Source: Heterodontus francisci
Lineage: Eukaryota
Reading direction: 5' to 3'
DNA length: 64,000 bases
Assembly: GCF_036365525.1 (NCBI RefSeq)
Contig: NW_027140989.1
Span: 3,038,001 to 3,102,000, forward strand
The notes under the pieces were generated by a model. The model searched no databases. It was given only the letters and a program-made list of their open reading frames with translations, and was not told the origin of the DNA. The translations under genes and the position numbers were made by a program. Positions 37,645 through 51,519 of the stretch are shown here, in pieces (the stretch's first letter is position 1; each line of letters starts with the position of its first letter).

Positions 37645-39474
37645 ATGGATGTAAAACAAATGCTGTCGACTGGAGAATGTTTAGCAGTGGAAAGTCCTGA
37701 AGCTGGAAAACGTAAATCTTCTGTGTGGGAACATTTCAATGTTTTTGTTTTCCGCAATAGTAAAAGTTCAAGTGGATTTGTACAATGTAAATCTTGCAAA
37801 CTCCTACTAAAATATCACAGCAAAAAGACAGGAAATTCATCTTTGCAGCGGCACACTGTAAAAGGATGTACTCTACCCGCAGCAGGGCCAAGTCAGTCAG
37901 ACTTAACTTCCTTTGTACGGACAAGAAAAAAAAACATACCCACTCACAAGAAATCAGAAATTATAGACAAATGCGTGAGTTTCTGTTGCAAGGATATTCG
38001 ATCTTTCCACACTGTCTCTGGTGAAGGGTTTGTTGAGCTAGCACAAGAGATTATCAATATAGGTGCGACATACGGTCAAGTATCAGCATCAAGTGTGTTA
38101 CCAAATCCAAGTACAGTTTCAAGAAGGTGTCGTGATGTGGCCAAAGAAAAGAGAAAATAACTAATTTCTCAGATTACTGACATACTGAAGGATGTGAATG
38201 TGGGAAAGACAACTGACATGTGGACGGACGACTACAATAAAATCCATTATATGTCGATAACTAGTCATTACATCACAGTAGATTTTAAACTTCATGTCAA
38301 AGTTTTAACAACAGCAATGTTTCCACTGGAGGACGTCAAAACTGGCAGAAACATCAGACAGGAGATTTTAAATCTGCTCGTGAATGCATTTGGATTCGAC
38401 CCAGCAAATTTACATAAACTAGTCTGGGTGATAGGTCAAGGCACTAACATAGTGTTTTCTCTTAGACCAGATCGACGTCTGGATTGTCAGGACCATGTAT
38501 ATAACACGGTCCTTCAACATTCACTTGATCCAAAGGAATTAGCTTCTGAAGCTCTGGATGTTGCAGAAACTATACATCATGCCAAAGACTTGGTGACATA
38601 TATTAAACAGTCTGATCTTGCTGCACAGTTGTCTAAAACTTTAAATCCAATGGAAGAAACGAGGTACAGTACTGTGTATCTGACACTGAATTCAATTCAG
38701 GATATTTATCATGAGCTGCACGAGAAACTGGAACAGCGTGAGGAAAGCTCCAGGCTGGAAAATATCACCCCTGATGTCTTGCAGTTTTTGGTGGATTTCC
38801 TCCGACCATTTTATGAAGCTCAGAGGGAACTCGAGGGAGACCAATATCCTACATAGAACCTGGTAATTCCGTGGTTACAGAAACTTAAACGACTCTGTAT
38901 GCCACTGTCTTCAGATACTCCAACACAAGCAGTTGTCAGGGAACGGAACAGACAGTGGCTTCTCAAGAAAGTTAAAATAAATGACGAGCACAAAATACCG
39001 ACATTTCTCTGGCCTAAATTTAATCAGCTGCGAATGTTATCCAAACATTATAGGGAAGAAGTTTATTCTGAAGTGCGCAGACTTATCAACAACATTAAAA
39101 CAGAAGACCCGGTGAAGGAAACGACAATGGTTGATAATGAACATACAGCTGCCAAAAAAGCAGTGACTGCATTTGCTGAATGGGAGAATGTTCATGAAGA
39201 AATACACACAAATGATGAAGTGCAGCAGTACACAGCACAGAGACCTGCTGTGTCGGCGATGGAAAACGAACGTGATCTGTTGGGCTGGTGGAAGGAACAC
39301 AGTGTTTCATACCCTAAATTGACCAGGCTGGCTAGAAGTATACTTTGCATTCTGGCGAGCTGTCGCATCAGGGAGAGGAACTTCAGTGTAGATGGAAGGA
39401 CAATCAACCAGTGGAGGACTGTCCTTCAGCCTTCCACTGTTGACTCTATTCTTTTTTTAAATGACAATTTATAA
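37645..39474 (+). mobile_element. hAT (Hermes/hobo/Ac-family) transposase pseudogene, ~609 codons
   Basis: One reading frame with stops at 38158-38160 and 38854-38856; BED finger (SSVWEHF..CKSC..LQRH), TTDMWTD, CQDH, TRYST and hATC domain (LLGWWKEH..YPKLTRLA..ERNFS..RTVLQPSTVDSILFL). Confidence 0.92.
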
Positions 39475-39499
39475 GACCTTTTGTTCTTTTCTTTGCTAT

Positions 39500-40475
39500 G
39501 TCTATAACAGAGACTACTGACTTGCTGTGGCTGTGACTGAGACTACTTACTTGCTCTGCCTGTAACTGAGACTACTTACTTGCTATGTCTGGGACAGGGA
39601 CCACTTACTTTCCCTGTCTGTGACTGAGACTACTTACTTGCTATCTCTGTAACTGAGAATACTTACTTGCTCTGTCTGTGAATGGGACGACTAAACTGTT
39701 ATCTCTGTAACTGAGACTACTTACTTGCTATGTATGTAACTGAGACTACTTACTTGCCCTGCCTGTAACTGAGACTACTTACTTGCCCTGCCTGTAACTG
39801 AGACTACTTACTTGCCATGTCTGTAACTGAGACTACTTACTTGCTCTGTCTGTAACTGAGACTACTTACTTGCTCTGCCTGGAACTGAGACTACTTACTT
39901 GCTCTGTCTGTAACTGGGACTACTTACTTGCTCTGCCTGGAACTGAGACTACTTACTTGCTCTGTCTGTAACTGAGACTACTTACTTGCTCTGTCTGTAA
40001 CTGAGACTACTTACTTGCCCTGCCTGTAACTGGGACTACATACTTGATATGTCTGTGAATGGGACGTCTGACCTGTTATGTCTGTAACTCAGACTACTTA
40101 CTTGCTGTGACTGTAACTGAGACAACTTACTTGGTCTGCCTGGAACTGAGACTACTTACTTGCTCTGTCTGTAACTGAGACTACTTACTTGCTATGTCTG
40201 TGAATGGGACGACTGACCTGTTATGTCTGTAACTGAGACAACTTACCTGCTCTGCCTGTAACTGAGACTACATACTTGCCCTGCCTGTAACAGAGAAAAC
40301 TTACTTGCTATGTCTGTGAATGGGACGACTGACCTGTTATGTCTGTAACTGAGACTACTTACTTGCTCTGTCTGCAACTGAGACTACTTAATTGCCCTGC
40401 CTGTAACTGAGACTACTTACTTGCTATGTCTGTGAATGGGACGACTGACCTGTTATGTCTGTAACTGAGACTACT
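39500..40475 (+). repeat. 29-bp minisatellite, ~33 units, with variant units
   Basis: Unit ACTGAGACTACTTACTTGCTCTGTCTGTA. Confidence 0.95.
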
Positions 40476-41425
40476 AAATCCAATGTTCACCTCACTGCTG
40501 ATTGGGTGCCTCGTTGGAGTAGGCTGTTTGTTTTCTTTGTAATCTGCGGTTTGACACGATTTGTTTCTGTTTTATTTGGTTATTATCACAGTGCTGTTTG
40601 TGGGAACTTGCTGTGGGCAATGGCTGTTGTGTTTCCTACTTTACAACAGTGACTACAATTCACAAAGATCTTCATTGGGTGGAAAGTGGTTTGGGACGTC
40701 CTGTGATTGTGAAAGGTGCTCCAGAAGAGCAAGTCTTTCTTTGTGGAGAGAAAATGGAAAATATCATGAGAAGACTGCTTAAAAATCATGAGGGAGTCAA
40801 GACATTGTTTTAAAGTCTCAGAAGAGACAGGCTGATATTTCTGACAGAAAAGAGAAACACTGTCTGTATTTGAAAGTTATCTACAAAAACTTACTTCCAC
40901 TCTGAGAGTTGAGATCTTTAATTTTATGTACTCAAGGAGTTTGAAGACAGATTTTGAGTAAATACATAACTGTATTTGATAACTTTTAGATTATTTGTTT
41001 TGCATTTTAATACTTCAAATCAGGGTTTCAGGGATGTTTTATCTCTTCTAAGACTGAACTGTAATCTTATAGAGGAACAAGACAGTCCAGTGTGGAAAAC
41101 AATTAACAAGCATCACTTGCGGATTGTTTATATGGCAGTGCTACAAAAACATACAAAGATCTAAAACATCGATGGACAATCTGAAAACTTTGGAGGGTTG
41201 AGATTCACCTGTGACATCAAATAATCTGTGTTTAGAAAATTTTCTTTAAAAAAGTGACAGGAAACTTTATGTAAAAATGTTTTAAATGTCAATGCTAGAA
41301 ATTGTTCAACATACTTTGTCAACATTAACATATATGTTTTGCTTTCCTTTGCAGGCTATTCAATGTGCAGGCCATTATGTGTATGCTGATCAACCAGATG
41401 TCTTCAATCAATCAGTACTGTAGAT

Positions 41426-41700
41426 CTGCAGTACTGTCAACTAATGATCAGACAGCACCGGGAATCTGCAGTACTGTAGACTAATGATCAGACAGCACAG
41501 GGAATCTGCAGTACTTTAGACTAATGATCAGACAGCACTGGGAATCTGCAGCACTGTAGACTAATGATCAGACAGCACTGGGAATCTGCAGTGCTGTAGA
41601 CTAATGATCAGACAGCACCGGGAATCTGCAGTACTGTAGACAAATGATCAGACAGCACCGGGAATCTGCAGTACTGCAGACTAATGATCAGACAGCACTG
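41426..41700 (+). repeat. 40-bp minisatellite, ~7 units
   Basis: Same unit as 12558-12911. Confidence 0.95.
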
Positions 41701-41759
41701 AGAAAGCCTACTATCTGATCTGTAATTTTTCCAACCAATCAATCTTTCCTTTCACTGAA

Positions 41760-42415
41760 GATAACTTGCAAGTACAGCAAGCAATTAACAAGGTAAATGG
41801 GATGTTGGCGTTCATTGCAAGAGGATGAGTATAGGAGTAAAGATATCTTGCTGCAATGAAATAGAGACTTGTTGAGACTGTACCTGGGGTATTGTGTGGA
41901 GTTTTGGTCTCTTACTTATAAAAAGATATACTTGTCATAGAGGTAGTGCAAGGAAGGTTCACCAAACTAATTCCTGGGATGAAGGGATTACCTTATCAGG
42001 AAAGATACAGCAGACTGGGCCTTTATTCTCTGGAGTTTAGAAGAATGAGAGGTGATCTCATTCAAACATACAAAATTCTTACAGGACTCGACAGGGTAGA
42101 TGCAGGAAGGATGTTTCCCCTGACTGGGGATCTAGAACCAGGGGACACAGTCTCAGAATAAGGAGCAGGCCATTTAGGACTGAGATGAGGAGGAATTCCT
42201 TCACTCAGAGGCTGGTGAATCATTGGAATTCTCTACCCCAGAGGGCTGTGGATGCTCAGACATTGAGTATGTTGAAGATGGGGATCGGTACATTTCTATA
42301 TATTAAAAAATGTCAAGGGTTACAGGTGTTGAAGCAGAACAATCATGATCTCATTGAATGGTGGAGAGGGCTCAAAGGGCTGAATGGCTTATTCCTGTTC
42401 CGAGTTCTTATGTTC
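41760..42415 (+). mobile_element. CR1 LINE 3' fragment (inverted paralog ~48780-49450)
   Basis: RLGLYSLEFRRMRGDLIQTYKIL...RRNSFTQRLVNHWNSLP. Confidence 0.88.
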
Positions 42416-42889
42416 TTGTGCTGTGGTCAGGGTAAGGGGGAACAAAACTGTGCTGCTGTACTACAGTGCTGTCCAACACTGACACTTTGTGTCACCGGGT
42501 TCCCACTGTGTAAATGACAATGATGAAACTGTAAAGTTCTAACCCTCACCTGTTCTTGTCTTGCAAGGAATACTTCTCCTTTGTGCAGGAACCGGAATCG
42601 ATGTGATGTTTCCCAGGACCAAGGAACAGTGCAGCCCAGATCCTTCTAACACACAGTAGGTACGTGATCATTCCCAGAGTGTAAAGGCACAGACAGCTCA
42701 CCAGTTCCACTGTCAGGGACACCAGAAGGAATCAGTCTCACACTGATCCCAAGATCCAGACACACATTTTCAATCCCAACAAGGTAAACAGGGCAGGAGA
42801 GACAGACATTGTATCCAGTTCAACCCAATTCAGTGCTGCTGAGAGGTAGAGACATGAATCCCAGGTCAACTATCAGATTTAAACAGAAT

Positions 42890-43805
42890 CAGACAGTCAT
42901 TTACAGCCCAGAGGAGGCTATTCGGCCAATTGACTCCATGTTTACTCTCCACGAAGGAATACAGTCAGTCCCACTCCCTGGCTGGATCCCCATAGCCCTG
43001 CAAGTCTATTTCTCTCGGGTGACCATGCAACATCCTACTGAAGTCAGTGATTGTCTCCACTTCCACGTCCCTTGTGGACAGTGAGTTCCAGGTCATTACC
43101 ACCCCCTGTGTAAAACAGTGTTTCCTCATATTCCACCTGAATCTCTGGTCAAAAACATTCAATCTGTGTAACCTAGTCCTTGTACCATTTGTTAATGGGA
43201 ACAGTTTTTCCCTTTCCAGCTTGCCTGTTAATATCTTGTAAACTTGAGTTAAATCTCCCCTCAATCTCATTTGTTCTGAGGAGAACAAGCCCAGCTTTTC
43301 CAATCTAACCTTGTAACTAAAATCCTCCATCCCTGAAACCATTCTGATAAATCTCCTCTGCACCCTCTCAAGGACCCTCCCATCCATGCTGAGGGATTGT
43401 GACCAGAACTGGACACAGTAGTCCAGTTGGGGGTCTAACCAGAGCTTTATAAAGGTTCAGCATAACCTCCCTGTTTCTGTACTCAATGCCTCTGTTTATA
43501 AAGCCCAAGATCCCATATGCTTTACTAACCGCTCTCTCAATATGTCCTGCCAGCGACAGTGATCTGTGCACTTGCACCCTCAGGACCCTCTGTTGCTGCA
43601 AATTCTTTAGAACTGTGCCAATAATTATTTATTGCCTCTCCCTATTCCTTCTGCCAAAAACATCACCTCACACTTGTCAGTATTAAATTCCATCTGCCAC
43701 CTCTCTGCCCATTCTACTAGCCTATCTATGTCCTGTTGCAGGCGGTAAATATCATCCTCACTGTTTGCCTCACCTTCATGTTTGGTGTTGCCATCAAATT
43801 TTGAA
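42890..43805 (-). mobile_element. CR1 LINE 3' fragment
   Basis: LERVQRRFIRMVSGM..RLRGDL..WNSL. Confidence 0.88.
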
Positions 43806-44399
43806 ATAGACTCTGTGCATGCTGAGCTACAAATTAAATATTAGATAGATCTGACACACTGTACTCGATTGAAAGGTGTTGGATTCATAGCAGGAAGATG
43901 CTCCAGGACACAAATTAAAATGTCACCCACTTAACCTACAGTATGAGTTTAAACAATATTCATCCCAATAGTGTAACCTCACACCAAGCTTCGATGCAAG
44001 TTCAAAATTCTGTGCAGTATCAGATTGAGTGATGCTGTAAAATAAAGAAACCCCGAGGGACAACTTTGATCACAGTTCAGCATTCATCCACATTATGCAG
44101 CTGCAAGATGCAGTATCAATTGTTTTCAGCCCAGAGCTACACATTACATCCCATTTCAAACTGAAAGATACTGTGTCAATTCCATCACTGTACATTGAGT
44201 TCCAGAATACAAGCCAGTCTAAAAACCTCATGCACTATCATTAGTGCTGTTTAGCTTGGACTAATAGTATGTCTCTTTCTTGTGATTATAGGGAGACTGA
44301 GACAATAGTAGTTAAAAAGACTCTCATATTAGTTAAATAAAACCAACAGCATCAAACACTGTGTTGCCATCATTTAAATTAAATGTCAAGCAAATATAT

Positions 44400-45520
44400 T
44401 GTGCGGGATTAATTCTGTTACTTTCAGTGTCTGTTACTGTGTGAGAGTGTGGGATTAATTCTGTATCTGTCACTGTCTGTTACTATGTGTGACTGTGGGA
44501 TAAATTCAGTATCTGTCAGTGTCTGTTACTGTGTGTGAGTGTGGATTAATTCTGTATCTGTCACTGATTGTTACTGTGTGTGAGTGTGGGATTAATTCGG
44601 TATCTGTCAGTGTCTGTTACTGTGTGTGAGTGTGGTATTAATTCAGTATTTGTCAGTGTCTTACTGTGTCTGAGTGTGGGATTAATTCTGTTTCAATCAG
44701 TGTCCGTTACTGTGTTTGAATGTGGGATTAATTCTGTATCTGCCAGTATCTGTTACTGTGTGTGAGTGTGGGATTAATTCAGTATCTGTCAGTGTCTGTT
44801 ACTGTGTGTGAGTGTGGGATTAGTTCAGTATCTGTCAGTGTCTGTTACTATGTGTGACTGTGGGATAAATTCAGTATCTGTCAGTATCTGTTACTGTGTG
44901 TGAGTTTGGGATTAATTCTGTATCTGTCAGTGTCTGTTACTGTGTGTGAGTGTGGGATTAATTCAGTATCTGTCATTGTCTGTTACTGTGTGTGAGTGTG
45001 GGATTAATTCAGTATCTGTCAGTGTCTGTTACTGTGTGTGAGTGTGGGATTAGATCAGTATCTGTCAGTGTCTGTTCCTGTGTATGAGTGTGGGATTAAT
45101 TCTGTATCTGCCAGTATCTGTTACTGTGTGTGAGTGTGGGATTAATTCAGTATCTGTCAGTGTCTGTTACTGTGTGTGAGTGTGGGATTAGTTCAGTATC
45201 TGTCAGTGTCTGTTACTGTGTGCGATGATGTGATTAATTCTGTGTCTGTCAGTATCTGTTACTGTGTTTGAGTGTGGGATTAATTCTGTATCGGTCAGTA
45301 TCTGTTACGGTGTGTGATGATGTGATTAATTCTGTATCTGTCAGTGTCTGTTACTATGCTTGAGTGTGGGATTAGTTCAGTATCTGTCAGTGTCTGTTAC
45401 TGTGTCTGAGTGTGGGATTAATTCTGTATCGGTCAGTGTCTGTTACTGTGTGTGATTGTGGGAATAATTCTGTATCTGTCAGTGTCTGTTACTTTGGGTG
45501 AGTGTGGGATTAATTCTCTA
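44400..45520 (+). repeat. 46-bp minisatellite, ~24 units, grading into degenerate copies to ~46770
   Basis: Unit GTGTGGGATTAATTCTGTATCTGTCAGTGTCTGTTACTGTGTGTGA. Confidence 0.95.
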
Positions 45521-47424
45521 GCTGTCACTCTCTCGTACAGTATGTTGTTTGGGTCTAAGTCTCTAGCTGTCATAATCTGTTACTGTGTAAGTGTTAAATT
45601 AGTTCTGGACCTTTCTGTCTCTCTCTCTGTTGTCCGTGTGTGTGGAATTTATTCTGTATTCACTCTGCTCTGCTATAGTATGTTAGTGAGTGTTTCAGTC
45701 TGTATCTGCCACTCTGTGGGAATCCGGATTCATTCTGTATCTGACTTTCTCTGCTATTGTATCTTTGTGTGAGAGAAATTGATTCTGGACCTCTCAGTCC
45801 CTGGTGCAGTTTGTTCGTGTGAGATTCATTCTGCCTCTGACACTCTGATTCAATATGAATGAGAGATTAATTCTGTATCACACACTGTCTGGTACTGTGT
45901 GTGTTTTTGTATTTTACCTGCATCTGTCAGTCTCTGCTATTTTTTCATGTTTGGGATTAATATTGTTACTGTCAGTCTCTGTTGCAGTATGTGAGCATGG
46001 GATGTATTTTATATTTATATCAGTCTCTGCTACTGTGCGTGTCGAATTCTACCTGTATCTGTCTGTCCATGGGAAAGTGTGTGTGTGTTTTGGATTCATT
46101 CTCCGTGTTCATTACTCTATGAGAGTGTTGGATACTTTCCCTATCTGTCTCTGCTACTGTCTGTGAATGTGGGGTTCATTCTGTATCTCTCAGTCACTGG
46201 TACTGTTTGTGTGTGTTAGATTCTTTCTGTCTATGTCAGTTTGTGCTAAAGTACGAGTGAGTGATTAATGCTGTTTGTGTCATTCTCTGTTGCAGTCTAT
46301 CAGTTCGAGTTTAATTCTGTATTTCTCAGTGTCTGGTATTGTTTGTGAATATGGGATTCATTCAGTATTTGTCAGTCTATATAGTTTATTGTCAGTGTGC
46401 ACTATATTTTTTATCTGTAAGTCTCCGTTACTGCATCTGAATGTGTGTGTGTTTTCTGTGTGTGAGAGAGAGAAATTCATTCTCTGTCAGACTCTGGTAC
46501 TGTGTATAAGTGGGATTAATTCTGTATTTTTCAGTCTCTGGCACTGTATGTGAATGTGTGGTTCAGTTTGTCTATGTCAGTAGTGTGTGTGTGTGGCATT
46601 CTGTCTGTACCTATCAGTCTGTGGTACTGTTTGAGGGGTCTGACATTCCCTGCTACAGTGTGTAAGCATGTGATTCACTCTGTTTGTGGAACTGGAGGAG
46701 AGTGTGAGATTTAGTCTGTATCTGTCAGTCTCTTGTATGTTTGTGCATCTGCTGTTCATTTGTCAGATGTATTTCATTTGCATCTCACCTCTGGTCTCTC
46801 AAATAATATATTTCACATTAATACCTCAGTAGGTATTTACGTCACATTTAATTTAAATGATGACAACACTGGGTTTGATTCTGTAGATGTTATTTAACGA
46901 ATATGAGAGTGTTATAACTACCATTGACTCAGTCTCACTGTAAACACATCAGTGATACATAATTTTACCCCAACCTTTACAGCACTAATGATAGTGCATG
47001 AGGTTTTTAGACTGGCTTGTATCCTGGAGCTCAATCTACAGTGATGGAATTGACAAAGTATCTTTCAGTTTGAAATGGGATGTAATGTGTAGCTCTGGGC
47101 CGAAAACAATTGATACTGCATCTTGCAGCTGCATAATGTGGATGAATGCTGAACTGTGATCAAAGTTGTCCCTCGGGGTTTCACTATTTTACAGCATCAC
47201 TCAATCTGATACTGCACAGAATTTTGGACTTGCATCTAAGCTGGGTGTAAGGTTACACGATTGGGATGAATATTGTTTAAACTCATACTGTAGGTTAAGT
47301 GGGAGACATTTTAATTTGTTTCCTGGAGCATCTACCTGGTATGAATTCAACACCTTTCAATCGAGTCCAGTGTGTCAGATCTGTCTAATATTTAATTTAT
47401 AACTCAGCGTGCACAGAGTCTATT

Positions 47425-48305
47425 TCAAAATTTGATGGCAACACCAAACATGGAGGTGAGGCAAACAGTGAGGATGATATGAACCGCCTGCAACAGCACA
47501 TAGACAGGCTAGGAGAATGGGCAGAGAGGTGGCAGATGGAATTTAATACTGACAAGTGTGAGATGATGCATTTTGGCAGAAGGAATAGGGAGAGGCAATA
47601 TATAATTATTGGCCCAGTTCTAAAGATTTTGCAGGAATAGAGGGTCCTGAGGGTGCAAGTGCATAGATCATTGCAGGTGGCAGGAGGTATTGAGAGAGTG
47701 GTTAGTAAAACATATGGGATCTTGGGCTTTATAAACAGTGGCATTGAGGACAAAGGCAGCGAGGTTATGCTGAACCTTTACAAAGCTCTGGTCCAGTTCT
47801 GGTCACCATACCTCAGCATGGATGGGAGGGTCCTTGAGAGGGTGCAGAGTAGATTTACCAGAATGGTTTCAGGGATGGAGGATTTTAGTTACAAGGTTAG
47901 GTTGGAAAAGCTGGGCTTCTTCTCCTCAGAACAAAGGAGATTGAGGGGAGATTTAACTGAAGTGTACAGGATTTTAACAGGCACGCTGGAAAGGGAAAAA
48001 CTGTTCCCATTAACAATTGGTACAAGGACTAGTTTACACAGATTGAATGTCTTTGACCAGAGATTCAGGGAGAATATGAGGAAACACTGTTTTACACAGA
48101 GTGTGGTAATGACCTGGAACTCACTGCCCAAAAGGGAGGTGGAAGTGGAGACAATCACTGACTTCAGTAGGATGTTGGATGGTCACCTGAGAGAAATAGA
48201 CTTGCAGGGCCACGGGGATCGAGACAGGGAGTGGGACTGACTGTATTGCTTTGTGGAGAGTAAACATGGAGTCAATTGGCCGAATAGCCTCCTCTGCTGT
48301 ATATG
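47425..48305 (+). mobile_element. CR1 LINE 3' fragment, paralog of 42890-43805
   Basis: ORF 47653-48240 carries CR1 C-terminal motifs. Confidence 0.88.
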
Positions 48306-49512
48306 ACTCTATTTATATCTGAGAGTTGAGCTGGGATTCATGTCTCTACCTGTCAGCATTACTGAATTGGTTTGTACTGGATACAATGTCTGTCTCTCCT
48401 GCTCTATTTACCTTGTTGGGATTGAAAATATGTGTCTGGATCTTGGGATCAGTTTGAGACTGACTCCGTCTGGTGTCCCTGACAGTGGAACTGGTGAGCT
48501 GTCTGTACCTTTACACTATGGGAATGATCACGTACCTACTGTGTGTTAGAAGGATCTGGGCTGCACTGTTCCTTGGTCCTGGGAAACATCACATCTATTC
48601 CGGTTCCTGCACAAAGGAGAAGTATTCCTTGTAAGACAAGAACAGGTGAGGGTTAGAACTTTACAGTTTCATCATTGTCATTTCCACAGTGGGAACCCTG
48701 TGATACAAAGTGTCAGTGTTGGACAGCACTGCAGTACAGCAGCACAGTTTTGTTCCCCCTTAACCTGACTACAACACATTAACAGAAGAACTATGAGCAG
48801 GAGTAGCTCATTCAGCCCTTTGAGGCCTCTCCACCATTCAATGAGATCATGGTTGATCTACTTCAACACCATTTTCCTGCACTATCCTTGTAACCCTTGA
48901 TGTTTTTAGTCTATAGAAATGTATCGCTCTCCATCCTGAACATACTCAATGACTGAGCATCCACAGCCCTCTGGGGTAGAGAATTCCAAAGATTCACCAG
49001 CCTCTGAGTGAAGAAATTCCTCCTCATCTCAGTCCTAAATGGCCTGCTCCTTATTCTGAGACTGTGTCCCCTGGTTCGAGATCCCCAGTCCGGGGAAACA
49101 TCCTTCCTGCATCTGCACTGTTGAGCCCTGTAAGAATTTTGTATGTTTGAATGAGATCACCTCTCATTCTTCTAAACTCAAGAGAATAAAGGCCCAGTCT
49201 GTTTAATCTTTCCTCATAAGGCAATCCCTTCATCCCAGGAATTCGTTTGGTGAACCTTCATTGCACTCCCTCTATGACAAGTATATCTTTTTATAGGCAA
49301 GAGACCAAAACTGCACACAATACCCAGGTACAGTCTCAACAAGGCTCTATTTCATTGCAGCAAGACATCTTTACTCCTATACTCATCCTCTTGCAATGAA
49401 GGCCAACATACCATTTACCTTGTTAATTGCATGCTGTACCTGCAAGTTACGTTCAGTGAAAGGAAAGATTGATTGATTGGAAAAATGACAGATCAGATAG
49501 CAGTCTTTCCTT

Positions 49513-50424
49513 GTGCTGTTTGATTGTTAATGTACAGTACTGCAGATTCCCGGTATTGTCTGATCATTCGTCTGCAGCACTGCAGATTCCCGGTGCTGTC
49601 TGATCATTAGTCTACAGTACTGCAGATTCCCGGTGCTGTCTGATCATTGGTCTACAGGACTGCAGATTCCCGGTGCTGTCTGATCATTAGTCTACAATCC
49701 TGCAGATTCCCGGTGCTGTCTGATCATTAGTCTACAGCACTGCACATTCCCGGTGCTGTCTCATCATCAGTCTACAGTACTGCAGATTCCCGGTGCTGTC
49801 TGATCATTCGTCTACAGTGCTGCACATTCCCGGTGCTGTCTGATCATTAGTCTACAGTACTGCAGATTCCCGGTGCTGTCTGATCATTAGTCTACAGTAC
49901 TGCAGATTCCCGGTGCTGTCTGATCATTAGTCTACAGTACTGCAGATTCCCGGTGCTGTCTGATCATTAGTCTACAGTACTGCAGATTCCCGGTGCTGTC
50001 TGATCATTAGTCTACAGTACTGCAGATTCCCGGTGATGTCTGATCATTAGTCTATAGTCCTGCAGATTCCGGTGCTGTCTGATCATTAGTCTACAGTACT
50101 GCACATTCCCGGTGCTGTCTGATCATTAGTTTACAGTACTGCAGATTCGCGGTGCTGTCTGATCATTAGTTTACTGTACTGCAGATTCCCACTGCTGTCT
50201 GATCATTAGTCCACAGTACTGCCGATTCCAAGTGCTGTCTGATCATTAGTCTACAGTTCTGCAGATTCCCGGTGCTGTCTGATCATTAGTCTACAGTACT
50301 GCAGATTCCCAGTGCTGTCTGATCATTAGTCTACAGTACGGCAGATTCCCGGTGCTGTCTGATCATTAGTCTACAGTGCTGCAGATTCCCAGTGCTGTCT
50401 GATCATTGGTCTACAGTACTGCAG
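49513..50424 (-). repeat. 40-bp minisatellite, ~23 units
   Basis: Reverse complement of the 40-bp unit. Confidence 0.95.
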
Positions 50425-50751
50425 ATCTACATTACTGTTTGATTGAAGACTTCTGGTTGATCAGCAAACACATAATAGCCAGCACCTCTAATAGCCGACA
50501 AAGCAAAACAAAACATGTATGTTAACATTGACAAAGCATGTTGAACAATTTCCAGCATTGACATTTAATACAATTTTGCATGAAGTTACCTATCACTTTT
50601 TTTAAAGAAAAATATTCTTAGCCTAGATTATTTGATGTCATGGATGAATCTCAAACCTCCAAAGCTTTCAGAGTGTCCATCTATCTTTTGACATCTTTGT
50701 AAGTTTTTGTGGCACTGTCAGATAAACAATCTGTTTCAGCTGGTTGAAAGA

Positions 50752-51395
50752 TTGTTTAAAAGATGATGATTGGAGCACAATGTCAGTGATTGTTTGGTCA
50801 TGAGTTAAATAGAAACCCATGGAGTTGTTTCCACACTGTACCGGTATCTGTATTGCTTAATATAAACACAGCGATTGCCAGAAGGCTCAGTAAATATCAT
50901 TATACATTATGTAAACTCCTCCTTTACGGGTTGAAATACTTGCTGCAAGTTTATCCAGTGAGCAGCTGAAATGCAGAGAACAGGAAGGTCCTGAATGAAT
51001 AATTATCATAAATTGATTATAAAATATACAGTATTTATATAAAAAATTAAACTGTTCACTGTTAGGACTTGAGTCCACACACACACCAACAACCCGACCG
51101 AACAACAGCGGACCCGACCCAACACTTCTTGACCCCCAACCGGCAAAAATCTGCAGCGCATGCGTGATGACAGTAACGGAACCGGCTCACTGTGCAGACT
51201 CCATTCCGACCCGGACTCCCAGCTCCGGTCAGTTTTTTTTATTTCAATACAGACCAGCAGAGACTGACCGAGTGTGCCCGACCCGAACCCGAACTGGACC
51301 CGAGCCCGAAAGCCGGAGCCGCAAGCTGGGCCCGAGCCGAGGCGGACACATGTGCTCGGATCCCGCTCGGGTTGGACTCGGGTCTCCAGGCCTCT
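50752..51395 (-). mobile_element. Left part of the hAT-like non-autonomous element, copy 3
   Basis: Inverted paralog of 11221-11878. Confidence 0.55.
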
Positions 51396-51519
51396 CGTGT
51401 TCATTCAACACAGTCCCCGACTCCCGTTGAACTTCCCCGCTATTCAATGTTAATCTCTGAACACATCTGCAGACTGGCTCCCAAACCTGGTGTTGCTGCT
51501 GGAAGCAGATGTTGTTTGT

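Larger units (their letters stand above)
41120..44395. repeat. Inverted duplication arm D1 (partner ~46840-50730)
   Basis: Paired ORFs 42965(-)/47653(+) and 41946(+)/49051(-); inner ends CATCATTTAAATTAAATGT / ACATTTAATTTAAATGATG. Confidence 0.9.
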
